Positions 63,131-64,000 of a stretch of 64,000 bases of DNA are shown one piece after another (positions within the stretch are counted from its first letter, which is position 1; each line of letters begins with the position of its first letter). The notes beneath the pieces are model-generated. The model searched no databases. It was given only the letters and a program-made list of their open reading frames with translations, and was not told where the DNA came from. The position numbers and the translations under genes were made by a program. The stretch is from Candidatus Calditenuis fumarioli (GTDB lineage: Archaea; Thermoproteota; Nitrososphaeria_A; Caldarchaeales; Calditenuaceae), in assembly GCA_030059665.1 (NCBI GenBank), contig JANVYR010000001.1, positions 672,001 to 736,000 on the forward strand, in the 5' to 3' direction.

Positions 63131-64000
63131 TCAGAACCTCCCACCGGAGAGGGTCCTGGCGGCAACGATCAGCGGGTGCCAGACGGGTGCGGTGGCTGGC
63201 ATGTAACCGATGTCGGTGAAGAAAAGGTCCTCAATGGTGAAGCCCGCGGTGATCGCAGTTGCAGCGACGTCGGCGTACCCCGCGACGACCGGATCGTCCC
63301 CCACCACCTGCACCCCGAGCAACCTTCCGCTCTTGGACTGGACCACCATCTTCACCGTCACCTCAACCCCTCCGGGGTAGTAGCCTGCTTTGGTCCTGGC
63401 CTTGATCAGGGTCGACTCGACGTTGAAGCCGTTGGCCCTGGCCTCCGTCTCCGAGAGACCGGTCCTGGCGACGTAGGTGTTCCTGAACTTCGTCACGGCC
63501 GTTCCCACGATGCCCCTCATCCTGAGCGATCTGGGGACCACGGCGTTCGCTCCGGCCACCTGCCCCTCCTTGTTCGCCGCAGGCGCCAGAGGTATCCAGA
63601 CCTTCCTCCAGAGCAGGAGGTGGTGCTTCTCGACCAGATCGCCGGCCGCGAAGACGCCCTCGAGGTTCGTCCGCATGAACTCGTCGGTCTCCACGGCCCC
63701 TGTCGCTCCGAGCCTCACGCCAGCCGAGACCGCGAGGTCCGCGTTCGGCCTCACGCCCAGCCCCATCACCACCTCGTCGAAGACCTCCTCGCCGGCGTCG
63801 GTGATCACGGCTATCCCATCTGACCTCCTCCTCAGGGCCCTCACCGGCTGGCCGAGCCTGAGGTCAACGCCCGAGCGCTGCATCGACTCCTCGAGGACCC
63901 TCGAGACGTCGCCGTCGATCGCCGTTGGCAGAAGCCTGTCCATCATCTCGTACAGCGTCACCTTCTTCCCGAGGTCGACCAGGGCCTCCGCAGCCTCGAC
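63131..64000 (-). CDS. CoA-disulfide reductase / NADH oxidase-family flavoprotein, 5' end beyond window
   Basis: GVRPN, FAAGD, PLAPAANKEG, ARTGL and dimerisation domain; reading frame runs off the edge. Confidence 0.9.
   Translation of the reverse strand, partial: VEAAEALVDLGKKVTLYEMMDRLLPTAIDGDVSRVLEESMQRSGVDLRLGQPVRALRRRSDGIAVITDAGEEVFDEVVMGLGVRPNADLAVSAGVRLGATGAVETDEFMRTNLEGVFAAGDLVEKHHLLLWRKVWIPLAPAANKEGQVAGANAVVPRSLRMRGIVGTAVTKFRNTYVARTGLSETEARANGFNVESTLIKARTKAGYYPGGVEVTVKMVVQSKSGRLLGVQVVGDDPVVAGYADVAATAITAGFTIEDLFFTDIGYMPATAPVWHPLIVAARTLSGGRF

Noticed and set aside
386-63823. Many long alternative-frame and antisense ORFs in the track (e.g. 2579..3553, 4032..5234, 14599..15747, 35324..36292, 51990..52964, 57629..58576)
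   Set aside because: They shadow well-supported genes, are Arg/Gly/Pro-rich and carry no family motifs. Expected in high-GC DNA with strong codon bias.

Overview
GC-rich, densely coding archaeal window, inferred to be TACK superphylum and most consistent with a Nitrososphaerota/'Aigarchaeota'-type thermophile (rps30e, rpl14e-cbf5, TiaS, GINS51, LysK, leaderless TATA-driven genes, scattered r-protein genes). Most of it is housekeeping and metabolic: acs, argH, lysK, uppS, rtcA, ychF, tiaS, galU/ugd, an ECF and an ABC-2 transporter, LutB/C, F420-type LLM oxidoreductases and tRNA-Val(CAC). Standouts are: (1) cbf5 is split by a 20-nt intron (32249-32268, minus strand) with a canonical bulge-helix-bulge that cuts the catalytic Asp codon; (2) a cstA / small membrane protein / two ArsA-Get3 ATPases / two unknown genes operon, in which one ATPase has a natural switch-I Asp-to-Asn change and one unknown resembles CCDC47/DUF1682; (3) a Ribophorin-I-like membrane protein beside nucleotide-sugar genes; (4) an AT-richer mobile scar (about 5.7-7.98 kb) with a -1-frameshifted, divergent IS110-like recombinase, a highly structured 3' non-coding segment (candidate bridge/seek RNA) and an IS5 remnant; (5) an AT-rich AAA ATPase + TOPRIM two-gene cassette (candidate defence system). 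All family calls come from motif recognition by eye and from memory; no database search was run.
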